64,000 nucleotides of DNA from an uncultured Acidimicrobiales bacterium (GTDB lineage: Bacteria > Actinomycetota > Acidimicrobiia > Acidimicrobiales > SZUA-35): the NCBI GenBank assembly GCA_963700755.1, contig CAVOYW010000005.1:732026-796025 (forward strand). Reading direction: 5' to 3'. This document shows positions 40,823-50,946 of the stretch, one piece after another. The position numbers and the translations under genes were made by a program. Within the stretch, counting starts at the first letter, position 1. Every line of letters starts with the position of its first letter. The notes below the pieces were generated by a model. The model was not told where the DNA came from. It worked only from the letters and a program-made list of their open reading frames with translations, and ran no database searches.

Positions 40823-42379
40823 ATGGCGGACATCGACGGAACCGAGCAGGACGGCTATGTCCTGGCCATGACGGCCCTGCTGCTGATTCCGATGATGGTG
40901 TTCGCCGCCCTCGCCGTCGACGTCGGCGGCTGGTACGTCCGATCCTCCGAGGCCCAGCGGGCGGCCGATGCGGCGTCGCTGGCCGGGGTCGTGTTCATGC
41001 CCAACGAGACCAAGGCGACCACGGCGGCCCTGGACACCGCCGCAGCGAACGGATTCGTCGATCAACCCGGATGTCCGACGATGCCCTGCACGACGACGTC
41101 GTTTCCCCAGGTCGTCGTGACCAAGCTCGGGAGCCAGGCGATCCGGGTGGACATCATGGTCTCCGGCGACACCTACTTCGGTTCGGTGGTATCGCCCGAC
41201 GATCTCACGATCCAGCGATTCGCCTCGGCCGAGTACACCCTGGGCGTGCCCATGGGGAACCCGACCTCGGCCATCGGCATGGGCACCGAGGCCGGTTCGG
41301 GCGTCGCGTCGAACTTCTGGCTCCGGGCCATGAACGACTGCGAGAGCCGTCAGACCGGTGACTTCATCGGTGCCGGTGGCGGTTGCCCCTACAACCCGAC
41401 GAACAACCCCAACCACAAGCCCGAGGGCCACACCTTCATCGTCGATGTCCCCGTCGACGGCAACTACGAGCTTCAGGCCCGGCTCACCTGCGCCGAGTTC
41501 GGCGGGCAGCAGGCGAACGCCCCGATGCGGTTCAAACTCTTCGACGCGGACGACACGCTCCTGAACGATGCCGACAACGTGCAGACCGTTCCCCTCGTCG
41601 ACATGACGGTGAACCGACCGTCGACGGCCATCTGCCCGGCCAACGGCAGCGGCTGGTCGATCGCCTCGGATCCGGCTCCCTGGGTGAAACTGAGCGACCT
41701 CACCGCGGCCGGCCGATACGTGATGCAGGCCGACAATGCCGGGACGGCGGCCAACGTCCGCAGCCTCTACTCGCTCCGGATCGTTCCGGCTTCGACGAGC
41801 GGGCCGTGGACCTGTTCGAGAATCGGGCCCGGCGGCTCGGCGGCCTGCCCCAACATCTTCGCCAGGGACTACCTGACGGCCTACACCCACGCCAACATGT
41901 TCCCCAGCGGCGTCATCGGACTGGCGCGTCTGTACCTGGCCGAGATCGACGACGTCCACGCCGGGAAGACCATGCGGGTGGAGTTGTTCGATCCGGCCGA
42001 CGGCATCGACAGCGTCCGGATCATCGATCCGCACGGGAACTATGCGCCGTTCTCGTGGTACTTCATCGATTGCGATGTCTATGGCTACAAGTGTGGGTCG
42101 CGCACCGAGGTCTTCAAGGAGAACAACCCCCACTCCGACACCTGCATGGCAGGAGCGGTTCTGGTGTCGTGCCTGAAGGAGAACCCGCCGACGTGGGACT
42201 TCCAGGATCGGACCGTGATGATCGAGATCCCGCTCACGGGCTACACCTGCGCCACACCGGCGGCGCAGCCGAAGAACTGCTGGTGGCAGGTGGAGTACGA
42301 GGACAACACCTCGAATGCGAACGAGACCACGACGTGGGGGGTCAGTCTGACGGGCGACCCGATCCGCCTGACCGAGTAG
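40823..42379 (+). CDS. TadE/G-like domain protein with large uncharacterised extracytoplasmic region
   Basis: Start at ATG 40823 (MADIDGTEQDGYVLAMTALLLIPMMVFAALAVDVGGWYVRSSEAQRAADAASLAG is the TadE/G-like N-terminal anchor). About 470 further aa are Cys-rich with no motif I can name. Confidence 0.7.
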   Translation: MADIDGTEQDGYVLAMTALLLIPMMVFAALAVDVGGWYVRSSEAQRAADAASLAGVVFMPNETKATTAALDTAAANGFVDQPGCPTMPCTTTSFPQVVVTKLGSQAIRVDIMVSGDTYFGSVVSPDDLTIQRFASAEYTLGVPMGNPTSAIGMGTEAGSGVASNFWLRAMNDCESRQTGDFIGAGGGCPYNPTNNPNHKPEGHTFIVDVPVDGNYELQARLTCAEFGGQQANAPMRFKLFDADDTLLNDADNVQTVPLVDMTVNRPSTAICPANGSGWSIASDPAPWVKLSDLTAAGRYVMQADNAGTAANVRSLYSLRIVPASTSGPWTCSRIGPGGSAACPNIFARDYLTAYTHANMFPSGVIGLARLYLAEIDDVHAGKTMRVELFDPADGIDSVRIIDPHGNYAPFSWYFIDCDVYGYKCGSRTEVFKENNPHSDTCMAGAVLVSCLKENPPTWDFQDRTVMIEIPLTGYTCATPAAQPKNCWWQVEYEDNTSNANETTTWGVSLTGDPIRLTE

Positions 42380-42397
42380 CGGCTGACGAGACGAGCG

Positions 42398-42863
42398 CTA
42401 CTGGTGGCGGGTTCGTGCCGCCAACTCGCGGCGGGCTTCGCGATCGGAGTCGCGTTTGGCGATCGCCTGCCGCTTGTCGATGGTCTTGAGACCTCGACCG
42501 ATCCCGAGCTCGAGCTTGACGTGGGAATCCTTGAAATACAGGGCCATGGGGACCAGCTGCAGCCGATCGACGTTGACCTTGGTGATGATGCGATCGAGTT
42601 CGTGACGATGGAGGAGCAGCTTGCGCTTGCCGCGTGGCCTCGGTGTTCACGTGCGTGCTGGCCCGCGAATACTGGGCGATGTTGAGCCCGACCAGCCAGA
42701 GCTCGTTGCCCTCGACCCGGGCGTAGGCATCGTTCATCTGCACCTTGGACTCGCGCAGCGACTTGACCTCGGACCCACGCAGGGCGATCCCGCACTCGAA
42801 CGTCTCGAGGATCTCGTAGCTCCGGCGAGCGGACTTGGCCGTCGCCACCATCTTCACGGCCAT
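42398..42863 (-). pseudogene. smpB: SsrA-binding protein SmpB, one frameshift (about 42,636-42,642)
   Basis: MAVKMVATAKSARRSYEILETFECGIALRGSEVKSLRESKVQMNDAYARVEGNELWLVGLNIAQYSRASTHVNTE | PRGKRKLLLHRHELDRIITKVNVDRLQLVPMALYFKDSHVKLELGIGRGLKTIDKRQAIAKRDSDREARRELAARTRHQ*. The 466-nt length is not a multiple of 3. Confidence 0.88.
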
Positions 42864-42949
42864 GCGTCCAGGCTAGGGGGCGACGGAGCCGACGGGGTGG
42901 GGCGCCGAGGCCGACGGTACGGTGCGGTCATGAACGCGAGGTCGCGCCC

Positions 42950-43429
42950 ATGAACCCTGTTTCCGGTCCCTTCCCCGACGGACCGACCCCCCTGGCCGAC
43001 CGGCCGATCGTGATCACGCACCGCATCTGGCTCGAGATCGTGGCCGAGGCCTGGCGGGTCTACCCGCTCGAAGCCTGTGGCGTGCTCCTGGGCCGCTCGG
43101 TCGCCGATCCGATCCATTCGTTCGTCGCGATCCCCAACGCCGCCGACTCGAGCCGGGTGTTCACCCTCGACCCGCTGGCGTTCGACAAGGCCGACCGGTC
43201 GGCCGAGAAGACGGGGCTCCAGGTGGTCGGCGTGGTGCATTCCCATACCCACACCGTGGCGTATCCCTCACCCACGGATCGGGCCGAGATGGCCAGCCCG
43301 ATGATCCCGTCCGACTGGCACTGGGCGATCCTGAGCCTCGGTTGGGGCCTCCCCGAGCTGCGCAGTTTCCGGGTCTGGGAAAAGTCTCCGATCGGAATAG
43401 CCGAAGAGACCGTGGTGTTGGCAAACTAG
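42950..43429 (+). CDS. mec: JAMM/MPN+ metalloprotease (Mec-type, CysO-cysteine peptidase)
   Basis: EACGVLLG and the JAMM motif HSHTHTVAYPSPTD. Sits immediately upstream of cysO-cysM. Confidence 0.85.
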   Translation: MNPVSGPFPDGPTPLADRPIVITHRIWLEIVAEAWRVYPLEACGVLLGRSVADPIHSFVAIPNAADSSRVFTLDPLAFDKADRSAEKTGLQVVGVVHSHTHTVAYPSPTDRAEMASPMIPSDWHWAILSLGWGLPELRSFRVWEKSPIGIAEETVVLAN

Positions 43430-43533
43430 AATGCTGATAACTCCAGTCGGGTTTATCGGCAATCCGATCGGGTACGTCCGAAGAGTCTGCCCGCCCACCC
43501 CGAATCGTGTCTTCCACCCCGAGGTACCCCAAC

Positions 43534-43812
43534 GTGTCGACCATCTCCGTGCGCCTTCCCACCGTGCTCCGTCCCCAGGCCAACGGCCAGTCCGAGGTCA
43601 CGGTGTCGGGTGACACCGTCGGTGCGGTCGTCTCGGCCCTCGTCGCCGATTACCCGGGACTGCAGTCCAACCTGCTCGACGAGAGCGGCAAGATGCGCAA
43701 GTTCGTCAACGTCTACGTCAACGACGAAGACATCCGGTTCCTCGACAAGCTCGACACGGCGGTGAAGGAAGGCGACGAAGTCGCAATCCTCCCGGCCGTC
43801 GCAGGAGGCTGA
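43534..43812 (+). CDS. cysO: MoaD/ThiS-family sulfur carrier protein CysO
   Basis: GTG 43534 (gagg 10 nt upstream) gives 92 aa VSTISVRLPTVLRP...FVNVYVNDEDIRF...AILPAVAGG*, ending in Gly-Gly. The ORF track's longer start at 43507 is also possible. Confidence 0.85.
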   Translation: MSTISVRLPTVLRPQANGQSEVTVSGDTVGAVVSALVADYPGLQSNLLDESGKMRKFVNVYVNDEDIRFLDKLDTAVKEGDEVAILPAVAGG

Positions 43813-43819
43813 TCGCACC

Positions 43820-44773
43820 ATGACCGTCTACGCCTCGGTACTCGACCTGATCGGCAACACGCCGATCGTCGACGTCTCCCAGCTGAGCCCGAACCCTCGG
43901 GTTCGCATCCTGGCCAAGCTCGAGAGCCAGAACCCGGCCGGCTCGGTCAAGGATCGCATCGCCCTGGCGATGGTCCGAGCCGCCGAAGCAGCGGGTGACC
44001 TCGTTCCCGGCAAGGTGATCATCGAGCCCTCCTCCGGCAACACCGGGATCGCCCTCGCCATGATCAGTCGGATCAAGGGCTATCAGCTCAAGATCGTCCT
44101 TCCCGAGAACGTCACCCCGGAACGGCGGCAGGTCCTCGAGGCCTACGGGGTCGAGATCATCCCATCACCGGGCGACGAGGGTTCCAACGGGGCCGTCCGC
44201 CTGGCCCAGTCGCTGTCCGAGGAACACCCCGAATGGGTCTTCCTCTACCAGTACGGCAACGAGGCCAATCCGACTGCCCACTACGACACCACCGGCCCCG
44301 AGATCCTGGCCGACGTTCCCGAGATCACGCACTTCGTGGCCGGTCTCGGCACGTCGGGAACGCTCATGGGGGTCGGCACCTACCTCAAGGAACACAAGCC
44401 CGACGTCAAGCTCTACGCCGTCGAGCCGCCCAGCGGGGAGCGGGTCGAAGGGCTGCGGAGCCTCGACGACGGCTATGTCCCGCCCGTCTTCGAAAAATGG
44501 GGCGGGATCGACCTCCTCGACGGAAAGCGAATCGTGCGACCGGCCGACTCGGTCGAATACACCCGTCGACTCGTCGACGAATGCGGCATCTTCGCCGGGC
44601 TGTCCTCGGGCGCCGCGTTGGCCGGCGCGGTCAAGGTGGCCGAGCGGCTCGACGAGGACGCCACCATCGTGTTCATCGTGTGCGACGGAGCCTGGAAATA
44701 CCTCTCGACCGGGGCCTACTCGGCGCCGCTCGACGACGTCGTCGACACGCTCGACAGCGTCATCTACTTCTGA
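43820..44773 (+). CDS. cysM: cysteine synthase CysM-type (PLP-dependent, CysO-thiocarboxylate/O-phosphoserine type)
   Basis: GNTPIV, ESQNPAGSVKDRIA (PLP Lys), EPSSGNTGIALA, GLGTSGTLMG. Confidence 0.9.
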   Translation: MTVYASVLDLIGNTPIVDVSQLSPNPRVRILAKLESQNPAGSVKDRIALAMVRAAEAAGDLVPGKVIIEPSSGNTGIALAMISRIKGYQLKIVLPENVTPERRQVLEAYGVEIIPSPGDEGSNGAVRLAQSLSEEHPEWVFLYQYGNEANPTAHYDTTGPEILADVPEITHFVAGLGTSGTLMGVGTYLKEHKPDVKLYAVEPPSGERVEGLRSLDDGYVPPVFEKWGGIDLLDGKRIVRPADSVEYTRRLVDECGIFAGLSSGAALAGAVKVAERLDEDATIVFIVCDGAWKYLSTGAYSAPLDDVVDTLDSVIYF

Positions 44774-44805
44774 GTCATCGACTGAGTCATCGACCGCGCG
44801 AGAAC

Positions 44806-44827
44806 GGCCGGACCCTGTGGTCCGGCC
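44806..44827 (+). terminator. stem-loop after cysM
   Basis: ggccggacc-ctgt-ggtccggcc, a perfect 9-bp GC stem, 33 nt after the stop. Confidence 0.55.
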
Positions 44828-45123
44828 GTTGCCCGTGGTATCGGTCATCACCCCGATGTTGTTGGGTCCCCACCACCGTGAGGCGACGAGTGGTGGGGGC
44901 CCGAGTCCTTCGTTCGGCCGCCGGTCAATGTGCGTCGTTGCCGCCTGTCCCGACGGCCGAACGTTGCAAGCGCCCACTGTAGGTGAGGCATCGGTCACGG
45001 ACCAGGGCCGAGGGACGTATTGCCCATCAAGGTCCACACGCTCTCGGCGCCGGTGGCCGGCCTCGCCCCCACCTCGCCGGGCATGACCCAGCGAGGCCGC
45101 AGGCACCGGTACCGTGGCGCCTC

Positions 45124-45930
45124 GTGGACACACGACCCATCGGGATGTTCGATTCGGGATTCGGCGGCTTGACCGTCGCCCGGGCCACCATCGACCTCCT
45201 CCGAGCCGAAGACCTCGTCTACCTGGGCGATACCGGCCGCTACCCGTACGGCTCCAAGCCTCACGACGACGTCCGCCGGTTCGCGCTCGAGATCGGCCGG
45301 CATCTCGTCGATGCGTACGACATCAAGTTGTTGGTGGTCGCCTGCAACACGGCGACGGCGGCCGCGCTCACGTCCCTGCGGGACACGCTTCCGGTTCCGG
45401 TGGTCGGGGTCATCGAGCCCGGCGTCCGAGCCCTGCTCCAGGCGACCGAGCGGCACCGGGTCGGCGTGATCGGCACCGTGGGCACGATCGATTCGGGGGC
45501 CTACGACGACGTCGTCGGCAAGGTCGACCCCCTGGTCGAGCTGGTCACCTGTGCCTGCCCGGGATTCGTCGAGTTCGTCGAGCGCGGCATCACCAGCGGA
45601 CCCCAGGTCGAGATCCTGGCCGAGCGGCTGCTCGCGCCCGTCGTGGCCGCCGGGGTCGATGCGCTGTTGCTCGGGTGCACCCACTACCCATACCTGGCCC
45701 GTGTGATCGGCGAGGTCATGGGGCCCGACGTCGTACTGGTCTCGTCGGCCGACGAGACGGCCTTTGCGTTGGCCGACCTCATGCAGTCCTCGGTTCTGGC
45801 CCACCCCGACCCGACACGGATCGGAACCCACACGTTCATCTCGTCGGGCGATGTGGCCACGTTCACCGCAATCGGGAGCAGACTGCTCGGGCCAGAACTC
45901 GTAGACGCCGAACGATGGGACCCCACGTGA
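45124..45930 (+). CDS. murI: glutamate racemase
   Basis: [23 protein letters not shown] and LGCTHYPYL (two catalytic Cys motifs). Start GTG 45124, or ATG 45145. Confidence 0.9.
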   Translation: MDTRPIGMFDSGFGGLTVARATIDLLRAEDLVYLGDTGRYPYGSKPHDDVRRFALEIGRHLVDAYDIKLLVVACNTATAAALTSLRDTLPVPVVGVIEPGVRALLQATERHRVGVIGTVGTIDSGAYDDVVGKVDPLVELVTCACPGFVEFVERGITSGPQVEILAERLLAPVVAAGVDALLLGCTHYPYLARVIGEVMGPDVVLVSSADETAFALADLMQSSVLAHPDPTRIGTHTFISSGDVATFTAIGSRLLGPELVDAERWDPT

Positions 45931-46700
45931 CCGACTCACCCACCAGCTCCACCAGCACCCTGCGCCCTGCGGTCGGCGATGGTCATCGTCCCGACGGTCG
46001 CGTCGCCGACCAGCTCCGGCCGGTCAGTTTCCAACGCGACTTCACCGACATGGCCGAGGGGTCGGTCCTGGTGAGGTTCGGGCGAACCCATGTGCTGTGC
46101 ACGGCGTCGGTCGACGACGACGTCCCACGGTGGATGCGAGGCTCGGGCCAGGGCTGGGTCACCGCCGAATACAACATGCTGCCCGGTTCGAGCCCGGAAC
46201 GGATCCGGCGACGCGTGTCGGGACGCGACCAGGAAATCCAGCGTCTCATCGGCCGGAGCCTGCGGGCGGTGTGCGACATGAAGCTCCTCGGGGAGCGGTC
46301 GATCACCGTCGACTGCGATGTGTTGCAGGCCGATGGGGGAACGCGTACGGCTGCGATCACCGGCGGCTTCATCGCCCTGCACGACGCCATCACCCGCCTC
46401 GGCCTGGCGACCCATCCGCTGACCGATCACTGCGCCGCGGTCAGCGTCGGCGTCGTCGACGGCGAATGCCGGCTCGACCTTCCCTATGTCGAAGATGCGG
46501 GTGCCGAGGTCGACATGAACGTCGTCATGAACGGGGCTGGTGGGTTCATCGAGGTCCAGGGAACGGCCGAAGTCGCTGCGTTCGGCCGCGGGCAGCTCGA
46601 CACGCTCCTCGATCTCGCGACCGCGGGAATCGCCGAGCTGATCGATCTGCAGCGGGCGGTCGTGGCCACGCCTCCGCCCGCCCGCCCCGCCCGCCCGTGA
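45927..46700 (+). CDS. rph: ribonuclease PH
   Basis: GTGA overlap with mur[40 protein letters not shown]. Confidence 0.9.
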   Translation: MTDSPTSSTSTLRPAVGDGHRPDGRVADQLRPVSFQRDFTDMAEGSVLVRFGRTHVLCTASVDDDVPRWMRGSGQGWVTAEYNMLPGSSPERIRRRVSGRDQEIQRLIGRSLRAVCDMKLLGERSITVDCDVLQADGGTRTAAITGGFIALHDAITRLGLATHPLTDHCAAVSVGVVDGECRLDLPYVEDAGAEVDMNVVMNGAGGFIEVQGTAEVAAFGRGQLDTLLDLATAGIAELIDLQRAVVATPPPARPARP

Positions 46701-47293
46701 CGCCGCCGGTCAAGCCTCGGTTGGTGATCGCCTCGGCCAACCCCGACAAGGTGCGTGATCTGGTCGAGTTGCTCGGCGACCGCTACGAGATCGTTCCCCG
46801 GCCCGATGACGCGCCCGAGACCGTCGAGGACGCCGACACCCTCGACGGGAACGCCATCAAGAAGGCGCTCGAGATCGCTGCCTTCACCGGCGAGGCGGCG
46901 CTGGCCGACGACACCGGGCTGTTCGTCGACGCGCTCGACGGCCGGCCCGGTGTCCGCAGCGCCCGCTATGCCGGTGAACGAGCGACCTACGCCGAGAACG
47001 TCGCCAGACTCCTGCGCGAACTCGACGGGGCCGAGACCCGACGGGCCGAGTTCCGTTCCGTCGTCGCCCTCATCCGGCCCGATGGAACGGGCGTGACCGG
47101 TGAGGGCTCGGTCCCCGGCTCGATCACCGAGGCTCCCCGAGGCGAGAACGGCTTCGGCTACGACCCCGTTTTCGAACCCGACGAGGGTGAGGGCCGCACC
47201 TTCGCCGAGATGACGAGCGAGGAAAAGCACGACCTGAGTCACCGGGGCCGGGCCATGGTCAGCCTGCGATTGGCCCTCGATCACCTCGACTGA
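46697..47293 (+). CDS. rdgB: non-canonical purine NTP pyrophosphatase (RdgB/HAM1)
   Basis: GTGA overlap with rph. [33 protein letters not shown]. Confidence 0.88.
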   Translation: MTPPVKPRLVIASANPDKVRDLVELLGDRYEIVPRPDDAPETVEDADTLDGNAIKKALEIAAFTGEAALADDTGLFVDALDGRPGVRSARYAGERATYAENVARLLRELDGAETRRAEFRSVVALIRPDGTGVTGEGSVPGSITEAPRGENGFGYDPVFEPDEGEGRTFAEMTSEEKHDLSHRGRAMVSLRLALDHLD

Positions 47294-47303
47294 TCGGGGC
47301 CGA

Positions 47304-48556
47304 ATGGCCGAAGTGCAGCGGGAGTCGGGGCTACGGTCGGTGGTCATGACGTCTCACTCGAGCGGGCCCCACGAGCCGATTCCCGGTGTCCTGTCGTGGG
47401 CCGACGACCTCGACGCAGCCACCCTGGCACAGGCCGCGAACTCGGTGTCGTTGCCGTTCGTCGAGAACCCGGTCGCACTGATGGCCGACGCCCATCTGGG
47501 CTACGGGGTCCCCGTCGGGACCGTGCTGGCAACCCGTGGGGCCATCGTCCCCTCGGCCGTCGGGGTCGACATCGGCTGTGGCATGGTCGCCCAGAAGCTG
47601 TCCGTCGCCGTCGACGATCTCGACCTCGACCGATTGCACGATCGGCTCGGTGCGGTGATTCCGGCCGGCCAGCCCACCAGGACGCACCCCGGTTCGGGTT
47701 CGTTCCGCGACACCGAACGGGTCGCCGCCCCGCTCACCCGGTCCGAGATCGCCCTGCTCGTCGACGTCGACGAGCATGCGCCGGGCTATTCCTCGGACCG
47801 TTGCCACGATCAGTTCGGCACGCTCGGTGGGGGAAACCATTTCGTCGAGGTGGCCGCCGACGAAGCCGGCGTTGCCTGGATCGTGCTGCACTCGGGATCC
47901 CGTGGTGTCGGCAAGTCCATCGCCGACACCCACATCGCCAGGGCCAAGGGCCTGATGCAGCAGTACTTCATCACGCTCGACGACCCCGACCTGGCCTACC
48001 TGGCCGAGGGGACGACCGAATTCGCTCGCTACATCGACGCCATGCACTGGGCCCAGGCCTACGCCGCTGCGTCTCGTTCGTCGATGATGCCGCGCCGCCG
48101 TCGCCGTCGTGGTCGAGCAGATCGGACAGCGAGGTACGCGACGGTGACGAGATCAACTGTCATCACAACTACACCGTTCGTGAACACCATCACGGAACCG
48201 ATCTCTGGGTGACCCGGAAGGGCGCCATCAACGCCGGACCGGGTGTGCTCGGGATCGTTCCCGGCTCCATGGCCTCCGGGTCCTACATCGTCGAGGGTCT
48301 CGGCGCCGACGCGTCCTATTGGTCGGCATCGCATGGGGCCGGGCGTGCGATGTCCCGGTCGGCGGCGCGCCGACAGCTCACCGCCGAGTCGCTCGAGACG
48401 GCGATGAACGGTATTGCGTGGAATCGTGACGCCGAGGCCCTTCTCGACGAACACCCCGACGCCTACAAGCTTCTGGACGAGGTGATGGCGGCACAGTCCG
48501 ACCTGGTTCGTGCGGTCACCCGGCTCACGACCGTGCTCAACTACAAGGGCGTCTGA
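47304..48556 (+). pseudogene. rtcB: RtcB family RNA ligase, frame disrupted about 48,070-48,140
   Basis: First frame: ...LMADAHLGYGVPVGTV, GVDIGCGM, GTLGGGNHFVE ... WAQAYAAA. Second frame: ...EINCHHNYTVREHH...GSMASGSYIV...SASHGAGR...VLNYKGV*. A short stretch (AAVAVVVEQIGQ) reads best in the third frame. Confidence 0.85.
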
Positions 48557-48565
48557 GCCGGCAGG

Positions 48566-48647
48566 TGCGGACGGGGGGACTCGAACCCCCACGCCTTTCG
48601 GCGCCAGGACCTAAACCTGGTGCGTCTGCCAATTCCGCCACGTCCGC
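48566..48647 (-). tRNA. tRNA-Leu (anticodon TAG)
   Basis: Minus strand GCGGACGTGGCGGAATTGGCAGACGCACCAGGTTTAGGTCCTGGCGCCGAAAGGCGTGGGGGTTCGAGTCCCCCCGTCCGCA. Acceptor GCGGACG/CGTCCGC, anticodon arm CCAGG-TTTAGGT-CCTGG, long variable arm, T-arm GGGGG-TTCGAGT-CCCCC. Confidence 0.9.
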
Positions 48648-48877
48648 GCTGTTCGTCGGCCACCGGCCTCCTCATGTGCACCGCTGTTCGCTGACGCTCA
48701 CACCGGCCGTCGTACCCTACCGCCGACGCCGACGACCGTGAGCCTGCGATCGGTCATGCCGATAGGTGGACGACTTGGGTGGAGGGGCTCAAGTTTCGGG
48801 CCCGGCGGGTCGATCATGCGGCAGCGACGCCCGTCGCGGTGGGACAACAGCGAGGTCGAGTCTTGATCCTGAAATTC

Positions 48878-49526
48878 GTGTTGGCGGACAAGGTGCTCGG
48901 GCTCCTGGCGGTCGGTGCACTGACCACGGCAACGACCGCCGCAGCCGTGACGGGGACACTGCCGTTGCCGGGCAGCGCCGACACCGTCGAGGGCTCTGCT
49001 GTCGTCGAGACCGGCACCGACAGCACCGACGAGTCGACCGCCGACGATCAGATCGAGACCACCGAGGAGGTGAGCGGGGATGAAACCGAAGAGGTGACCC
49101 AGGAGGTCATCGAAGAAGCACCGCTCGACGAAACCGAAGCTGCGGTGGTCGAGGGACCCGTGGGCGAGGACGGTGAGCCCTATGGAACCGTCGCCTGCGA
49201 CGACGCCGAGAATCACGGCGAGTACGTCTCGGGCGTCGCCCACGATGAGCGACTCGACGGGACGGGCAAGGGACGTGTCATGCGAGACGCGGCCCAGACC
49301 GACTGTGGCAAGCGTGACGACGTGGACGTCGACGACGAGGATGTCGATGACGACGAGGATGTCGACCACGTGGATGTCGATGACGACGAGCGACGTCGAC
49401 GACGACGAGTCCGGAAGCGATCACGAGGACCGGGGCAGTGGTCGCCGAGGGGCGGACGAGCGGGAATCGGGCGACCGCGGTTCCGGGAACGGCGGGTCGA
49501 AGAACCGTGGCAACGCCGACGATTGA
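48878..49526 (+). pseudogene. secreted, extremely acidic hypothetical protein (one frameshift about 49,390)
   Basis: GTG 48878 gives MLADKVLGLLAVGALTTATTAAAVTGTLPLPGSA (signal-like), then a D/E/T-rich region, CDDAENHGEYVSGVAHD, CGKRDDVDVDDEDVDDDEDVDHVDVDDDE | SDVDDDESGSDHEDRGSG...NADD*. Confidence 0.55.
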
Positions 49527-49619
49527 GGTCGGCGCCGGGACGCCACGATTGCGACGGCAAGCGACGCCGGACGGCCCGGTCTGACCGACCAGGGGGTGAG
49601 GCGGATAGTCTTGGCCCCC

Positions 49620-50245
49620 ATGACACAGTCTGCTCCGCTCATCATTCCTGGCACGCCCGTTGCCGCCTCCCCCGGCGGCGGATTCGGGTTCGACATCTAC
49701 CAAGAACTGCTGAAGGAGCGCATCGTGTTCCTCGGCCAGCAGGTCGACGACACCATCGCCAACTCGATCGCGGCGCAGATGCTCTACCTCGCCGGACAGG
49801 ATCCCGACAAGGACATCTGGCTCTACATCAACTCGCCCGGGCGGCTCGGTCACCGCCGGTATGGCCATCTACGACACCATGCAGTTCGTCAAGCCCGAGA
49901 TCGCCACGGTGTGCCTCGGTCTCGGCGCCTCGATGGGTCAGTTCCTCCTCACCGCCGGCGCGGCGGGCAAGCGCTATGCGCTGCCCACACGCCCGGATCC
50001 TGATGCACCAGCCGAGCGCCGGGGTGCAGGGCCAGGCAGTCCGACATCGCCATTCAGGCCGAGAACCTGATCCGGATCAAGCGTCAGATGGCCGAATTGA
50101 TCGCGCGAGCATTCGGGCCAGACCGTCGAACAGATCGACGCCGATTCCGACCGCGACAAGTGGTTCACGGCCGAAGAGGCCCGCGAATACGGCCTGCTCG
50201 ATCGCGTGATCACCCGCACCGGCGAGCTCGCCGAGTACGCGCTGA
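49620..50245 (+). pseudogene. clpP: ATP-dependent Clp protease proteolytic subunit, at least 4 frame changes; 3' end uncertain
   Basis: MTQSAPL...[49 protein letters not shown] | [42 protein letters not shown] | [17 protein letters not shown] | [21 protein letters not shown] | [36 protein letters not shown]... Confidence 0.85.
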
Positions 50246-50946
50246 GAACGGCGTCAGTCCCGGGTTTCCCAGGCCGCGGTTCGCGAGTTCCCGCAGCTCG
50301 GTAACGGCCGCGCCCCGAGTCCGCCGGGGTGTTTGAACATGGCCGACCCCGAGATCAGGGCGTTGGCCCCGGCGGCTGCAGCTCCGGAGATGGTCTCGGC
50401 ACTGATGCCACCGTCGACCTCGAGGTCGATCCAGTGGTCGGCCGTGTCGAGCAGCTCCCGCATCGCCGCCACCTTCGGCTCCATCGTCGGCCAGATAGGT
50501 CTGTCCACCGAAACCGGGATTCACCGTCATGACGAGCACCATGTCGAGCAGATCGAGGACGTGGGCCACCATGTCGATCGGGGTGTGCGGGTTGAGCGCC
50601 ACGGCCGGTTTGGCGCCGAGCGAGGCGATGTTCGACAGCGTTCGGTGCAGGTGCCGGCACGCCTCGGCGTGGACGATGATGATGTCGCAACCGGCGTCGA
50701 CGAAGGTCGGGGATGCAGGACATCGGGATCCTCGATCATGAGGTGGGCCTCGAACGGCACCGACACCGACCCGCGGCAGGCCTTGATCACGTCGGCGCCG
50801 AAGGTCAGGTTGGGGACGAAGCGACCGTCCATGACGTCCCATTGGATCCGGTCGACACCGGCCTCTGCGAGTGCGGCGCATTCCTCACCGAGCCGCGAGA
50901 AGTCGGCGGGGAGGACCGATGGGGTGATGTACAACGGAGGGATCAT
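50210..50946 (-). pseudogene. rpe: ribulose-phosphate 3-epimerase, at least 3 frame changes; 3' end uncertain
   Basis: [50 protein letters not shown]...HLMIEDPD | ...[15 protein letters not shown]...[14 protein letters not shown] | ...IDLEVDGGISAETISGAAAAGANALISGSAMF... across three minus frames. Confidence 0.85.

Noticed and set aside
43430-43506. Lower-GC mec-cysO spacer as a SAM or other riboswitch
   Set aside because: Only short, weak hairpins (ctgataac/tttatcgg, ccgatcgg). No resemblance to the SAM-I, SAM-II or SAM-IV cores I can recall. More likely just an internal promoter/RBS region.
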